From assembly GCA_020184695.1 (NCBI GenBank), contig JAANOX010000183.1:1-34056 (forward strand): a DNA stretch of 34,056 bases, in the 5' to 3' direction. Below the pieces are notes generated by a model. That model was not told the DNA's origin and ran no database searches. It was given only the letters and a program-made list of their open reading frames with translations. Of this stretch, positions 10,314 through 21,172 are shown piece after piece (the first letter of the stretch is position 1; every line of letters begins with the position of its first letter). This DNA comes from Histomonas meleagridis 2922-C6/04-290x (Eukaryota; Protista; Parabasalia). The translations under genes were made by a program, and so were the position numbers.

Positions 10314-10680
10314 TTAATCTAATGACTGACTAAAGTTAGATATATTATAAGTAAATTGTGTTAATGGAATAATATTAGAAGTACTATCATAAATAATAAT
10401 TGCTGAAATCGGAATAACTACTTTAAGATTAGAATATATATCTAATGCAATACGACGGTTGATTAAACCACGAGGATAAGCAATATTGAACAGTATAATC
10501 AGCAACCCTACCATTATTCTTAAGAACTTCATAAGCTCTATCTAAATCATGCTTGGTAAGAGGTGGATTAATACGTGGCACGTACTTACGTTGTAACACA
10601 CGTCCCTTATTACGAGAATAATATAATTCACTAATAGGTCCAATACGATTGGGTTCAAACATAAAAATCTTTAATAAAAG
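10314..10680 (-). pseudogene. Unrecognised frameshifted coding fragment
   Basis: Track ORFs 10429-10734 and 10314-10532 join through a frameshift (..QYCLS/RGLINRRIAL..). The first ~18 aa of 10429-10734 are mariner sequence. Confidence 0.35.
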
Positions 10681-11176
10681 TGAAGTCACTTTGAGTTCAA
10701 CCTCTTCTCTACTCTCATATTGAAATCCTTCCATTTTTCCTTTTACATATCAAATAAGGAAAAAGTCTGAAGGAGCTATATCTGGGGAGTAGGGGGGATG
10801 AGGTGCCCTTTTGAGCTTGTTGGATTCCATATATAAAGTTGTGAATCTCGACGTATGCGGTTTTGCATTGTCGGCATGTACAGTAATTTTTCTTGTGTCA
10901 TTTTTATAATTTGTACCATTTTTTTTGGAAAGTTTTGATAAAATATATTTTACATAATATTGTGAATTAAATGTTTCTCCCTTTGAAAGAAAGTCAATAA
11001 CAATAAAACCGTGGGCATTCCAAAAAATCATATGTATGATAGACAAGACATGACATAAAAATATTCTTAAATAAAAAATAAAACCCATTAAATTTAGTGT
11101 TTTGACTTATATCGAAAATATCGTTGTATTCATTCTATATAAAAAGATACTACGGTTGGGGGTGGAACACCTTATA
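10680..11176 (-). mobile_element. Internally deleted, 3'-truncated mariner (DD34D)
   Basis: 5' TIR TATAAGGTGTTCCACCCCCAACCGTAG starts at ~11176. HADNAKPH...PHPPYSPDIAPSDFF has 34 residues between the second and third Asp, and continues as YVKGKMEGFQYESREEV. Confidence 0.85.
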
Positions 11177-12916
11177 AATCATATCGTCTGGTAAAAAATT
11201 ATTAATATTATTTTCATTAGAATCTGAATCAGAAGGATCAGAAGGATCAGGAAAAGAAGGATTATTTGATGGATCATAATTCGAAGAATCAGTAGAAGTA
11301 ATATGATTAACATTATCATTTGAATTAACAACTGAAGCATTGTAATTTGAATCATCTGAAGAAAAAGTAGATAAATTAGTAATTTTTATAAATTTTGGTA
11401 CACTAATATAATTAAATTCCAAAATTGGTACTATAACATCTATTATTTTAGTTTCTTTGATAATATTGATTTTCATTTGAGGAATTTCAGCATCAAAAGT
11501 TTAATCCACTTCATTAACAGTAACTTTCAAACTTTCAACATTAGCTACTGAAGTTTTACAACCTTCAATAACTTTGATATCATGAGAAAGAACAGTTGGG
11601 GTTGAAGTAACGTTTTGATAGTCTGGTATAACATCATGACTTTTATATACAGGATTTGAAGTTTTAGTTATATTAATTGATTCAACTTTATGTTCTTCAT
11701 TAATTGGTTCAGAAATTATAGTTTTATTAATAGGTATTACTTTATGTTCTTCATTAACAGGGTTGGAAGTAATAGTATTGATAATTGGTTTATTTATTAG
11801 ATTATCTACTTGAGCATCTTCTGTCATAATGTTACTAATTTTGTTGATATGTAATTTATCAATTCTAGGATTAACAGTTAAAAGGTTTCTCTTAGGTATA
11901 GCTTCTAATGAATCTGTTTCAGTTGTGATTTTTCTGGGATTAAAGGATGGAGTAACTTGAAAATCTTGAGAATCGGAATTTATTATTGGAAATTCAAGTT
12001 CGGGTTTAAATGAAGATTCTTCTAAATCCGAATCATAAATAATAGCTTGAGCTTGAATATCTTCTGTTTCTTCAACAAATGGTGAATTAGTAAAATTAAA
12101 AGTTGCATTATTTTGATTAATTGACCTGTTATCTTGACCAAATGCAATAAGATCAATTTTGGTATTGTTTTGAACTGGTGAATATGAGTTTATAAAGTTT
12201 TTCGAAAAATCATAATTGCAATTAATTTGTAATAAATTCCAAGTGTTATTAGAAGAATTGATATTTATCTGTTGTTGATTAAGAATATTATACACAATGA
12301 TCTGAGCTTCATTCCTAATGTGAGAAATCTGTTCATCATTCCAAAATAATCTAAACGGGGATTCTCTAAGTCTGTTTGGTCCTATAATAAGACGCAAATC
12401 GAGTAAACCTCTGTCAAATTCCTCTATCGTTGTAGGAATGGGAGGATTGTGGGTATTAATTCTTAATATATCATGTTGAATAATAGCTTGTTCTCGTGCT
12501 AGAATAGCCCCATTTGAGTCATTACATTGTATCGGTAAAAATCTGAGAATATTAATGTCTGATGAGATAATCACCCAATCTGGTGGTGGAGGTAATGGTG
12601 CTCCTTCTGGGTCTGTTGGTGTTGGGTGGTAATGACGACCTCGTATTAATAAAATTTCTTGTTGAAATGGGAGTTCCTGATTAATTTCAAGAACAAAATC
12701 TTCATCATTTTCTTTTTGTTCGAGGTCTGGGGCTTCCTCTTCAATAATCAATTCTATCCTGTGGTCTTGTGCTGTTTTTTCATGAGTAGTGTCGGATTTT
12801 TCCGCAATATATTTATCTGATAATCTTTCCGACCGAACAAAACTGGTATCAATCGAGTGCCCTGGGGGAGTTATTTCTGAAAATCGGGTTCTCGGACGCA
12901 AAAAATCAATATTCAT
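11177..12916 (-). pseudogene. Unknown ~580-codon gene with one in-frame TAA (11501-11503), 3' end cut by the mariner
   Basis: Track ORFs 11501-12916 and 11150-11476 are in one frame. It has ~19-aa repeats (xITSxPxNEEHKVxxIN), an N/S/D-rich tail, and a domain shared with 13881-14366. Confidence 0.6.
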
Positions 12917-12998
12917 GAGAAATCATAAAAATCTCCTCCCGTGTACTTTTATTAATTAAATAAAGCAAACGAAAGTAGGTAAAGAAAGATAGTAAGGA

Positions 12999-14366
12999 CT
13001 AGCCAACAGGTGTTTCTGATGAATCATCCGTTGAATGTAAGGAATCAATATGATTATCAGATGAATTAACGTTTCTCTCGAAAAACATTAATGTATAATA
13101 ATCAATGTCATCAATATTATTTATCATATGATTCTCATCAGGATTTTCATTAACTTTCATTTTTTGATTTTCTTTAATTTCTGCTTGATTAGAATTTAGA
13201 TCTTTATGCTCATCATTGTCCTTAATATCTAAAGAACTATTGAACTGCGACCTTACTGTCAAGTAGCATTGTAAATATAAAGAAATTAAGAATAATATTG
13301 ATCCATTAAATGTAAAAGACCCAAGAACATCTCTTTCATATAAAAATGATGAATAAGTTTTTTTCAAATTGTTTTTTTCATTAATCATCTTGGTTAAATT
13401 AGGATTCTTTTTGTTTAATATTTGCATGTTTGTAATTAAAAATATCTTTGATCTCCTCATCAATATTCTTTAATAAATTTAATGTATTGGCAAATATTTC
13501 TCGGAAAGACTCAATATTCATGTTTGAACTAATTGTATATTTGATCGAATCATGTGTATCAAATAAATATTTTAAGTTATATTTCGAACCATATACATAA
13601 TCAATCAAAACATTGAAACATTTATGATTTTATAAATAAAATCATAATCTTTACATAAATCGATAATAATATTTGAATAAGTAAAATAAAATTTAGCAAT
13701 ACTTCTAAAATATTTCGTTTTATGATTAAAAATGTTAACAGGTTGAATATTCTTATAATATAATAAATTTTGGTTAAAGAGAAGATTAAGATTTATAACA
13801 TTATTATCAATTACATATTGTGTAAGTTCAAATGGTTCTAAACTAACATCTAATCTAAGACATTCATTTTTGATCAATAATCAATGACCTCTCTGAAGAA
13901 TTAAGCAATCTAGATTTGAAATATAAACAGGTAAATGTACACTAATATTCGGGTCAGCACTAATTATAATTGATGAAGGTAATGGTTTGTTATCAACATT
14001 AAATGGGGAACATCTGTCAGAACGATAATGTGAACCTTTTAAAAGTAGGATTTCGTATTGACAAGGACGGCCATGGTCGATGGACAGAAAAGGGTAAAAT
14101 CTTTGTTCTTCTATCTCGACTCCTGAGGGTAATCCTGAGACATTAAGCATATGATTAATGAGTAATAGCTGAGTAGAGTGTGGCAAAGGGGTAGACTTAA
14201 TGAATTGTGGTAAATAATTAGGTATGCATTTCGAAGAATTTGCTATGTGTTGATCAAAAAGTATATTATCTTGTTGTGTAGATGGTATTGAATCATATTT
14301 TTGATTTTGAGCGTGTAGAAATGACTGTGTAAAATAATTCATCCTCCTCCAGTGTGGTTTATTCAT
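12999..14366 (-). pseudogene. Unknown ~450-codon gene (paralogous domain to 11177-12916) broken by one TGA and two frameshifts
   Basis: 13881-14366 and 13605-13877 are in frame across TGA 13881. 13399-13608 and 12999-13463 overlap in shifted frames and have non-ATG or internal starts. Confidence 0.55.
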
Positions 14367-14439
14367 AAATTTTCATTCAATAAGGTTAATCATAGTAAGT
14401 AAAAAAGAAATAGCATGATCTGTACTAGTGTAATTCCGA

Positions 14440-14722
14440 TAAATCTTCAATAACGATATCCTCATCCTGATGACTTGATATAGAGTCCGATTCATTGTGT
14501 TCCGTGCTTTCTTGAGAATTAATGATATTATCGGTTAGTGAAGAAACTGTAAGTTTTAGCTTCAATAACAAATTTTACCAAGTTATTCTCTATTTTGCTA
14601 GAATATTGATTTGATAAATAATTGGAAATTTTATTGTTTTTGACAGTTTTGAATGTGTGACCTTCTAAAAAGAGTTTAATTAATTCATTGGAATGGAATT
14701 CATTATGGTAATCATTGATCAC
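14440..14722 (-). pseudogene. Short decayed ORF upstream of the tandem gene pair
   Basis: Track ORF 14528-14722 plus a frameshifted acidic tail (NESDSISSHQDEDIVIEDLSELH). No recognised motif. Confidence 0.25.
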
Positions 14723-15556
14723 TTTTAAGAAATCAAATTGATTAAAGACTAATTATAATATAAAATCCTTAATAGATACAGTAATTTCTTCTGAGTTATT
14801 AATCAATGATCAGTGATAATTATCATTAATTATCTTATATTATATTATGATATAGAATGATCAATATAATGTTTAATGATAAATAACAAATGATGAATAT
14901 TATGATTAATTAGTAATGATAAATGTATAAAATGAATTATGATAAATAATAATGAATGAATAGTATAATTAATGATAAATAAATGCATATATTAGTATGA
15001 ATTATTTATAATAATTATCTAAATTTCAAACGCAATCAAATTGAAATTTAAAAATATTATCAAATAAAATTGATAAAACTGTGATATAATCAATAATTAA
15101 TAATTTTCATTCATATATCGATAATAATAAAATTATTAATTTATTTTTTTTTATGGAGATATTCTCATTACGAACAAAAAATCACGTTTAAGTTAAATAA
15201 CGTATGTCTAATTATTTCGAATGTGTTGTTTTTATTTATAGTTATTTTTCAAAGTGAGAATTGAATACTCATTTAATAATCCAATAGAACACAATTTTTT
15301 GGTGAATATTATCATTTCTTCGAATGAATACAAGAAATTTTAATTCAAATAAAAAATATTATAAATATATGTTTTTGAATGTGTAGATTTTATTAATGCT
15401 ATTAAAATTTTAAAATTAATATATTTTTTTAAATTGATCTTATTCCATTTTGAAATTGATTTTTTGATAATTTAACATCGAATTATTTAATGATTCTATA
15501 TAAGCTATAATATATATTAATTTTATCGAAAATCTTTATGTTTGATTATTATTATT

Positions 15557-15676
15557 TAGGTAGGTATATAATGCGGTCGGGACTGATCACGAGGACCATA
15601 GGGGCCCGGCCGGGGGCGAGGCCCCTATGGTCCTCGTGATCAGTCCCGACCTTTAGTTTTCACTGGGGGGATTGAA
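15557..15676 (+). repeat. Left TIR with 77-bp hairpin 2 (15575-15651)
   Basis: TAGGTAGGTATATAATGC-GGTCGGGACTGATCACGAGGACCATAGGGGCC...GGCCCCTATGGTCCTCGTGATCAGTCCCGACC-TTTAGTTTTCACTGGGGGGATTGAA. Confidence 0.95.
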
Positions 15677-15700
15677 GGAATTTTTAATAAATAATAAAAG

Positions 15701-17381
15701 GTGATGAATATATTATGCTATTTTGTCTTTCAATTGAATAATTTGATAATTTTATTAATGTATTATAATAATACGCAATCTAAAAATGAACAAAATGATC
15801 AAGGTAATGTTGGAGCTTATTTTGATCGTCTTAAAGATTTAATTGCTAAAAATGATGGTACTCGTTCTTTTATTTTAAGAACTGAAGATTGTCATGATCA
15901 AAATGCACCTTTTAATCAATCTCAAGAAACTAGATTAATAATTACTCATGGTGATCATATGATTTCACAAATAATTGAAGGTTTTATTAATTTTAAACTT
16001 AGAATAACTGTACAATTATCAAAAGCTATTTCATCTGGTAATTTACAAGATCCTGAAAATTTAGCTAAAATATTTATAGGTTTTAAGAGTTCTAATCAAT
16101 TATTAGATCAATTACAAATTATGTCTAATAATATTTCTACTGGTTATCAACAAAATGAATGTTGTCGTGAAGGTTATTGTTATTCTACAATTAAACCCTA
16201 TGCTGAAAAGAAAACTAGAAAATATACACATTCTTTATATGAAAATGTTTCAGAATATTCTCAATCTGTATGTGGTACTTATGTTGATTTAAATACAATT
16301 GCAGATGGAAATAAACATGATATCGAATTTGAAATGAATCTTCCATTTGAAGATATATTAGCTTTACAAGCATTTGATTTATATCCAAATAGATTAGTTG
16401 GTGATATTGAATTAAAGTTTTATGTTAAACAAAATGGTTTAGTATGGTGTCAAGTAGATCCACGTAAAATTAAAGAAGTGAAAGAATTTTTAGAAGATTC
16501 TTCTATTAATGCTACATTTAATAATTTACCTTTATTTACTCATGGTTTTACTCAAATAGGTAATTCTGCTAATATAACTACTACATTTAAATGTGATACT
16601 GAAACTAATCATACTATTGATACTGCATCTGAGAATGTTTCTTTATATTGTACAGGTTTAACTGTACTTTCATGTAAATCTAATATGTATGGTTTTTGGA
16701 GTTAAAGAAGAAACTTTAAATCAAATAGCTCAAATACTTCAACAACCTGGAGGTTTATTAATTCCTTCACAACAATTAGATTATAATGCTTTTGCTTTAG
16801 CTGCTACTGAATCTGGTATACAGTCTACTATTAATATGCCTTTATTTAATGTTACAACTATTACAGTTGTATTTCCAAAACATGCTAATGATTATACTTG
16901 TTTCGATAATCCTATTTATAATAATGTACAATTAACTATTGCAGGTCAAAATTATCCTGATGAACCTATTTCTACTTTAGGTGCTAGATTTTTATATCAA
17001 TTAGTTGCTTCTGATTTAGATGGTGGTATACAATGTACTAAAGAATTTGAAGATTCTTTAACTATGGATAGAAATGCTTCAAATGGTACTAGATATAATA
17101 ATACATTAAGTGATGCTACTTCATTTATGCTTAATATACAATGTGAACGTTCACGTGGTTGTTACGTATTTGATGGCTTAGATTCTAATGGACAAAATAT
17201 ACCAATACAAATTAAGGGTCAACCTATTTATACACAAGCTAATGATACTTATTATAATGTCGATGATGCTGGAAATCATCCACCTCCACCACAATTATTC
17301 ATTTGTCGTGATACTTATTTCACATTAGATTTACATAATAAATTGAAATACCATGCTAATGGTACTCCTGATGGTTATTAA
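15701..17381 (+). CDS. Putative major capsid protein (~540 aa) of the element, split by one extra T
   Basis: Two ORFs join to give ..SNMYGFGVKEE.. if the T5 run at 16693-16697 is T4. Beta-rich sequence of a size fitting a double-jelly-roll capsid, and it resembles trichomonad Maverick structural ORFs as I recall them. The likely start is ATG 15758. Confidence 0.55.
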
Positions 17382-17810
17382 ATAAAAAGTAATTATTTAA
17401 TATATTATAATATTATCCCAAAATATATCAATACGAAATGATTTTAAGATACCTCATATTATCATAAATTAAATAAATATAAAATGATTTTTGATTACAT
17501 CCTATTATCATATATTAGATGAGTGAGGATGATCTAAAAATGTAATGTGAATATCATTGACGGTTTAATTTATATTTGATAAGTTTATTTTTTTTTTCTG
17601 TTCATATGAAATCAAAAATTATATTTTAATCAATTATTGTTCATTGATCATCTGCTAGATTTTGAAGATATCAATGGTAAGATCTTTAATTATATTTAAG
17701 TGATTCATATTTTACAATTTCGCTACATTAAAAATTTGAAGGAAAATTTGACTTGATTAATTCGATTTGAAATTTTTTTTTTCGCTCATATAAACCTCGA
17801 AAAAAAGTGA

Positions 17811-18050
17811 TTAATGAGTTAATTCTTTAATTATTTCGAAGGCCTCATCTTCACGTATGGCTTCTAATAGTCTCCCAAGATAAATTTGGATGATGTCTCT
17901 CATATTTCCAATATCTTTCTTTTTAATCCAAGAAATCGTACCGTCTGACCAGAGCACTTGAAACTTGAACACAATGTTTCGTTCTTGATAGTTGGGAACC
18001 CATCCATGATCGAGTATATCATAAACTTCGTAGAGTCTTGTTCTTTCCAT
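17811..18050 (-). CDS. Stand-alone chromodomain-like protein (79 aa)
   Basis: YEVYDILDH...FKFQVLWSDGTISWIKKKDIGNMRDIIQIY fits the chromo consensus YEVExILDH...YLVKWxG...TWEPxxNL...LIxxY. Confidence 0.65.
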   Translation of the reverse strand: MERTRLYEVYDILDHGWVPNYQERNIVFKFQVLWSDGTISWIKKKDIGNMRDIIQIYLGRLLEAIREDEAFEIIKELTH

Positions 18051-18449
18051 TGACAATAGTGAACAGTGATAAGGCTATTTTTTGAGTGCTCTATTAGACT
18101 TATTGATTACGTCAGATGAGATTTTTCTGAGGCTTATAATTTTAAAATTGAATTACGATGATGTTATTTTCTGATAGATTTGATCGCACTGAGTTTTTGA
18201 ACTGAATAAAGACTGTACTCACAAATATTTTTTTGTTTGAATAGTTTACTAATCGTTTCCCATGATCTAGAAAATTAATTTTTATTCTAGAATAGTACAT
18301 AACCGTAAAAATTGAATCTATCGTTTATCCAAAATTGGTAGAAATACGATCAAAATCAATTCAATATTTTATCACTGATCCTCTATCCATAAAAATTACG
18401 AAAAATTATTGACCATTTATTCATTCAAATGTGTCACTTTTCGAACGTT

Positions 18450-18916
18450 AGAAAATATCAATGACATTAAGTTTTTATTGGCAGATCGTATTTCCACGGC
18501 AAATAAACGGTCTCTGTTCAAAAAGTGAGGTGTATTTTTGTTATTCAAAAAGTCGGGCGGAATAAACCACTGGTAATTCAACAATTCGCCATGTCAATGA
18601 AGTCTTCATTTGTAAAGACATAACCTGGTTTAAGAAAGTTTTGAACAATATAATCTTTGATAGATTCTTCTTCTAAATCTGTAAATACTATATGAGTCCT
18701 CCCATGATGAGTTTTCCACGGCCTCCAGTCTGGTTCAATCACTAATTACCTTTTCCAATTTCTAATTGTTGATTCTGGAATACCGCTCATTTTGGAAATC
18801 TGATATATTGGGTGAGATCCCCGTGATATAATCTGAATCACATTCTCAATTTTCCCTCTTTTCCCGTAATTTGAATAATTGTTGTGTGGCTTTCCGCTGA
18901 AGACTCGACCAAGCAT
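18450..18916 (-). pseudogene. pogo-like transposase N-terminal remnant
   Basis: ATG 18916, HTH IYQISKMSGIPESTIRNWKR, then in a shifted frame PDWRPWKTHHGRTHIVFTDLEEESIKDYIVQNFLKPGYVFTNEDF. Confidence 0.65.
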
Positions 18917-18939
18917 AAAATTTGTCAATAACCGTTTAT

Positions 18940-20280
18940 TAATATTTTGTGAGAAATAAACGTCTTGACATATATCCAATTGTAGAGATATCAGGGTATC
19001 TTCATTTATTTGCAAGTTAACTAATTTTGATCCAGGATAAATTCTTTTATATATATTTTCCATAGTTTCTTTATGAATCACTAAAAATCCTTTATCACAT
19101 TCTTCTCCAATACAATATTTTTCATGCACAAATGGTGGAAGAGTTTGGAAAACTAATTGAATACAACTTAAACTATCATTTTTTCCATATGTTAATTCTG
19201 CAAACTCTTCAGAAATTTTACCATATTTAGATAATTTGCTATTGATAAAATTAAGTTTCCATGAATCCTTTGCTATTGATTTTCTGGAACAAACTAAATC
19301 TATAGGAATATTTAATATAGTTTTAAGAGAAAAAAAAAAAAAAAAAATTACACTTACATAAAATTTGACGTCCAAATTAAATTTAGATCCTTCTATAGGT
19401 ATTATTGGAGATTCTGTTATAATATATCCATGTGAATATTGTACATCTTCTTCGACTGTTATATCAAATGTTAAATGTCCATTAGAAACAAGATTAAATT
19501 CTTGAGAATATTTTGAATCATTTTTCGTAATTTCCATATTTTTGTAAACAGTAAATATATTATTTGAAATATAATCACCTTGAGGTTCATATGCTAGCAC
19601 TAAAGTAAGCGTTGATTTCGAAATAATTTTTGAATTATTTGATCCATATATCCTTTTTGCATAATATGTTACAGGATTTTGAAGATTTGATTGGATAGAA
19701 TCGAATTCATTGTTAATCTTAATGAATCCATTAATTCCAACTTTTATTGAGGTAATAATGATATTTAGTTCTTCATCACAATCATTAATTATATTCGCTG
19801 GAATATTTTGTGCGCCAATTTCGATTTTTGCTTTATGTTTTTGGATAATTTCAAAAAATTGTTCATCATTATTTTCACAAAGTGAAAGTGGCCAAGAAGT
19901 ATTAGGAAAGTTGATAGTTCCTCCTTTTAGTTTAAAGTCAAAATGAAACATTTCGTGTGAATTTAACCAACCTTCATAGTTAACAATAAGTTTGTTCTTA
20001 ATTCCTTCAAAATTAACTTTTGGAAAAACAAAAGTTGATTTTATGGTTAGTTCATATAAACATTCGAAAGGCATTAAATCAAATTGAAGATGTGAAATCA
20101 ATAAGTTAAGATTTGTTCAAATATCTTTGGAAATTTTGACTGAATTTGAATACGATTCAGAGAATTTATAATTAATAATGATATTTGATGGAATTGAACT
20201 ATCAATATTTAATAACTCAAATTCACATGCTCCAATTAACGACGAAGAGAATATAGATAGAGAATGAATATTTACGAAAT
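18940..20280 (-). pseudogene. Fragment of a large N/I/S-rich host surface-type protein gene
   Basis: Long open frame; the track start at 20101 is a TTG and the frame extends to ~20280 across one stop. No catalytic motifs. It is cut at 20281 by repeat-rich DNA. Confidence 0.4.
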
Positions 20281-20640
20281 GGTGGTGTTACATAGATGTA
20301 ACGTTAACAAAAGTTACATAAGAAAAATAATATTTTTATAGGACACGAAGTGGCCGTTATATAAACAATTTTTGTTAATTTATATAGTATTTAACATGTA
20401 ATATGTAACGTAACTACTATAAAGAAGAAGATATAATGAAGTTGTAAAGTAACGAGTAACGGTTACAAAGTTACATCATTAAAAAAAATAAATATAATGA
20501 AGAAGTCATTATAAATTAGAAATATAATAAAGAAGTCATAATAATAAAGTAATATAATAAAGTTATCATTATAAAAAAGAAATACAATAAAGTGATCATA
20601 ATAAATGAGAAATATAATAAAGTAATCTATAAACAATTAA
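20281..20640. repeat. GTAAC/GTTAC-rich tract followed by ~27-30-bp imperfect tandem repeats
   Basis: About ten GTAAC/GTTAC pentamers in 20281-20475, then five AAATATAATAAAG...CAT(A/T)ATAA-type units in 20490-20630. Confidence 0.6.
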
Positions 20641-20706
20641 TTATCGACAACTAATTATCAACAAATTAATGACTAACAATCAAATCACAAACGATCAAAT
20701 CACAAA

Positions 20707-20919
20707 CTAATCTTGTACCCAAAAATATTCTCGTTCAAGATTGGACATTTCACCAGGTCTTTTTGATCGCAAATAACTAACAAAGATATAATCAGTGTAT
20801 GGTTTTCCAGAAGGAATTTTTAAAAAAACTTTATAACGACGTCTACTTTTATCGAAATCTAATATTATTGTAATAACACCATTTGATCTACCAGGGAAAT
20901 GCGTGACCTGTAGGCACAT
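20707..20919 (-). CDS. Small basic ORF of unknown function
   Basis: 70-aa ATG-started ORF, GC-richer than its flanks. No recognised motif. Confidence 0.25.
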   Translation of the reverse strand: MCLQVTHFPGRSNGVITIILDFDKSRRRYKVFLKIPSGKPYTDYIFVSYLRSKRPGEMSNLEREYFWVQD

Positions 20920-21172
20920 TTTGCGGTTATCGCTTCAATTTTCCACTTTTTGAACGGCCTGACATTATAACCGTCCAAAATATGGAAACACGATAATATG
21001 AAACACATTAAAACAAATGTATGAATTAGAAAAATTCTGAATATAACAAATTATAGTATATGCAGTAATTATTAGCATATTGAAATATTTTTGAAAAATA
21101 TTCTATTTTTATCGAGATATAAGCATTAGAAAAATTGTCTTTATTTTTCAAAATAAATATTATAAATCGATA

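Noticed and set aside
11501-13883. Alternative genetic code (stop reassignment) to explain the in-frame stops
   Set aside because: The interrupting codons are mixed (TAA, TAG, TGA) and accompanied by frameshifts. TGA 7021 is TGT in the sister copy, and intact genes end normally in TAA.
14740-15556. Features in the extremely AT-rich stretches (14740-15556, 8030-8640, 31100-31330, 32340-32560)
   Set aside because: Low-complexity DNA with no ORF, repeat unit or structure I can support.
19300-19357. Intron starting GTAAGT followed by T18 on the minus strand
   Set aside because: There is no ACTAAC-type branch motif, and each of the next three AG acceptors leads to an immediate stop.
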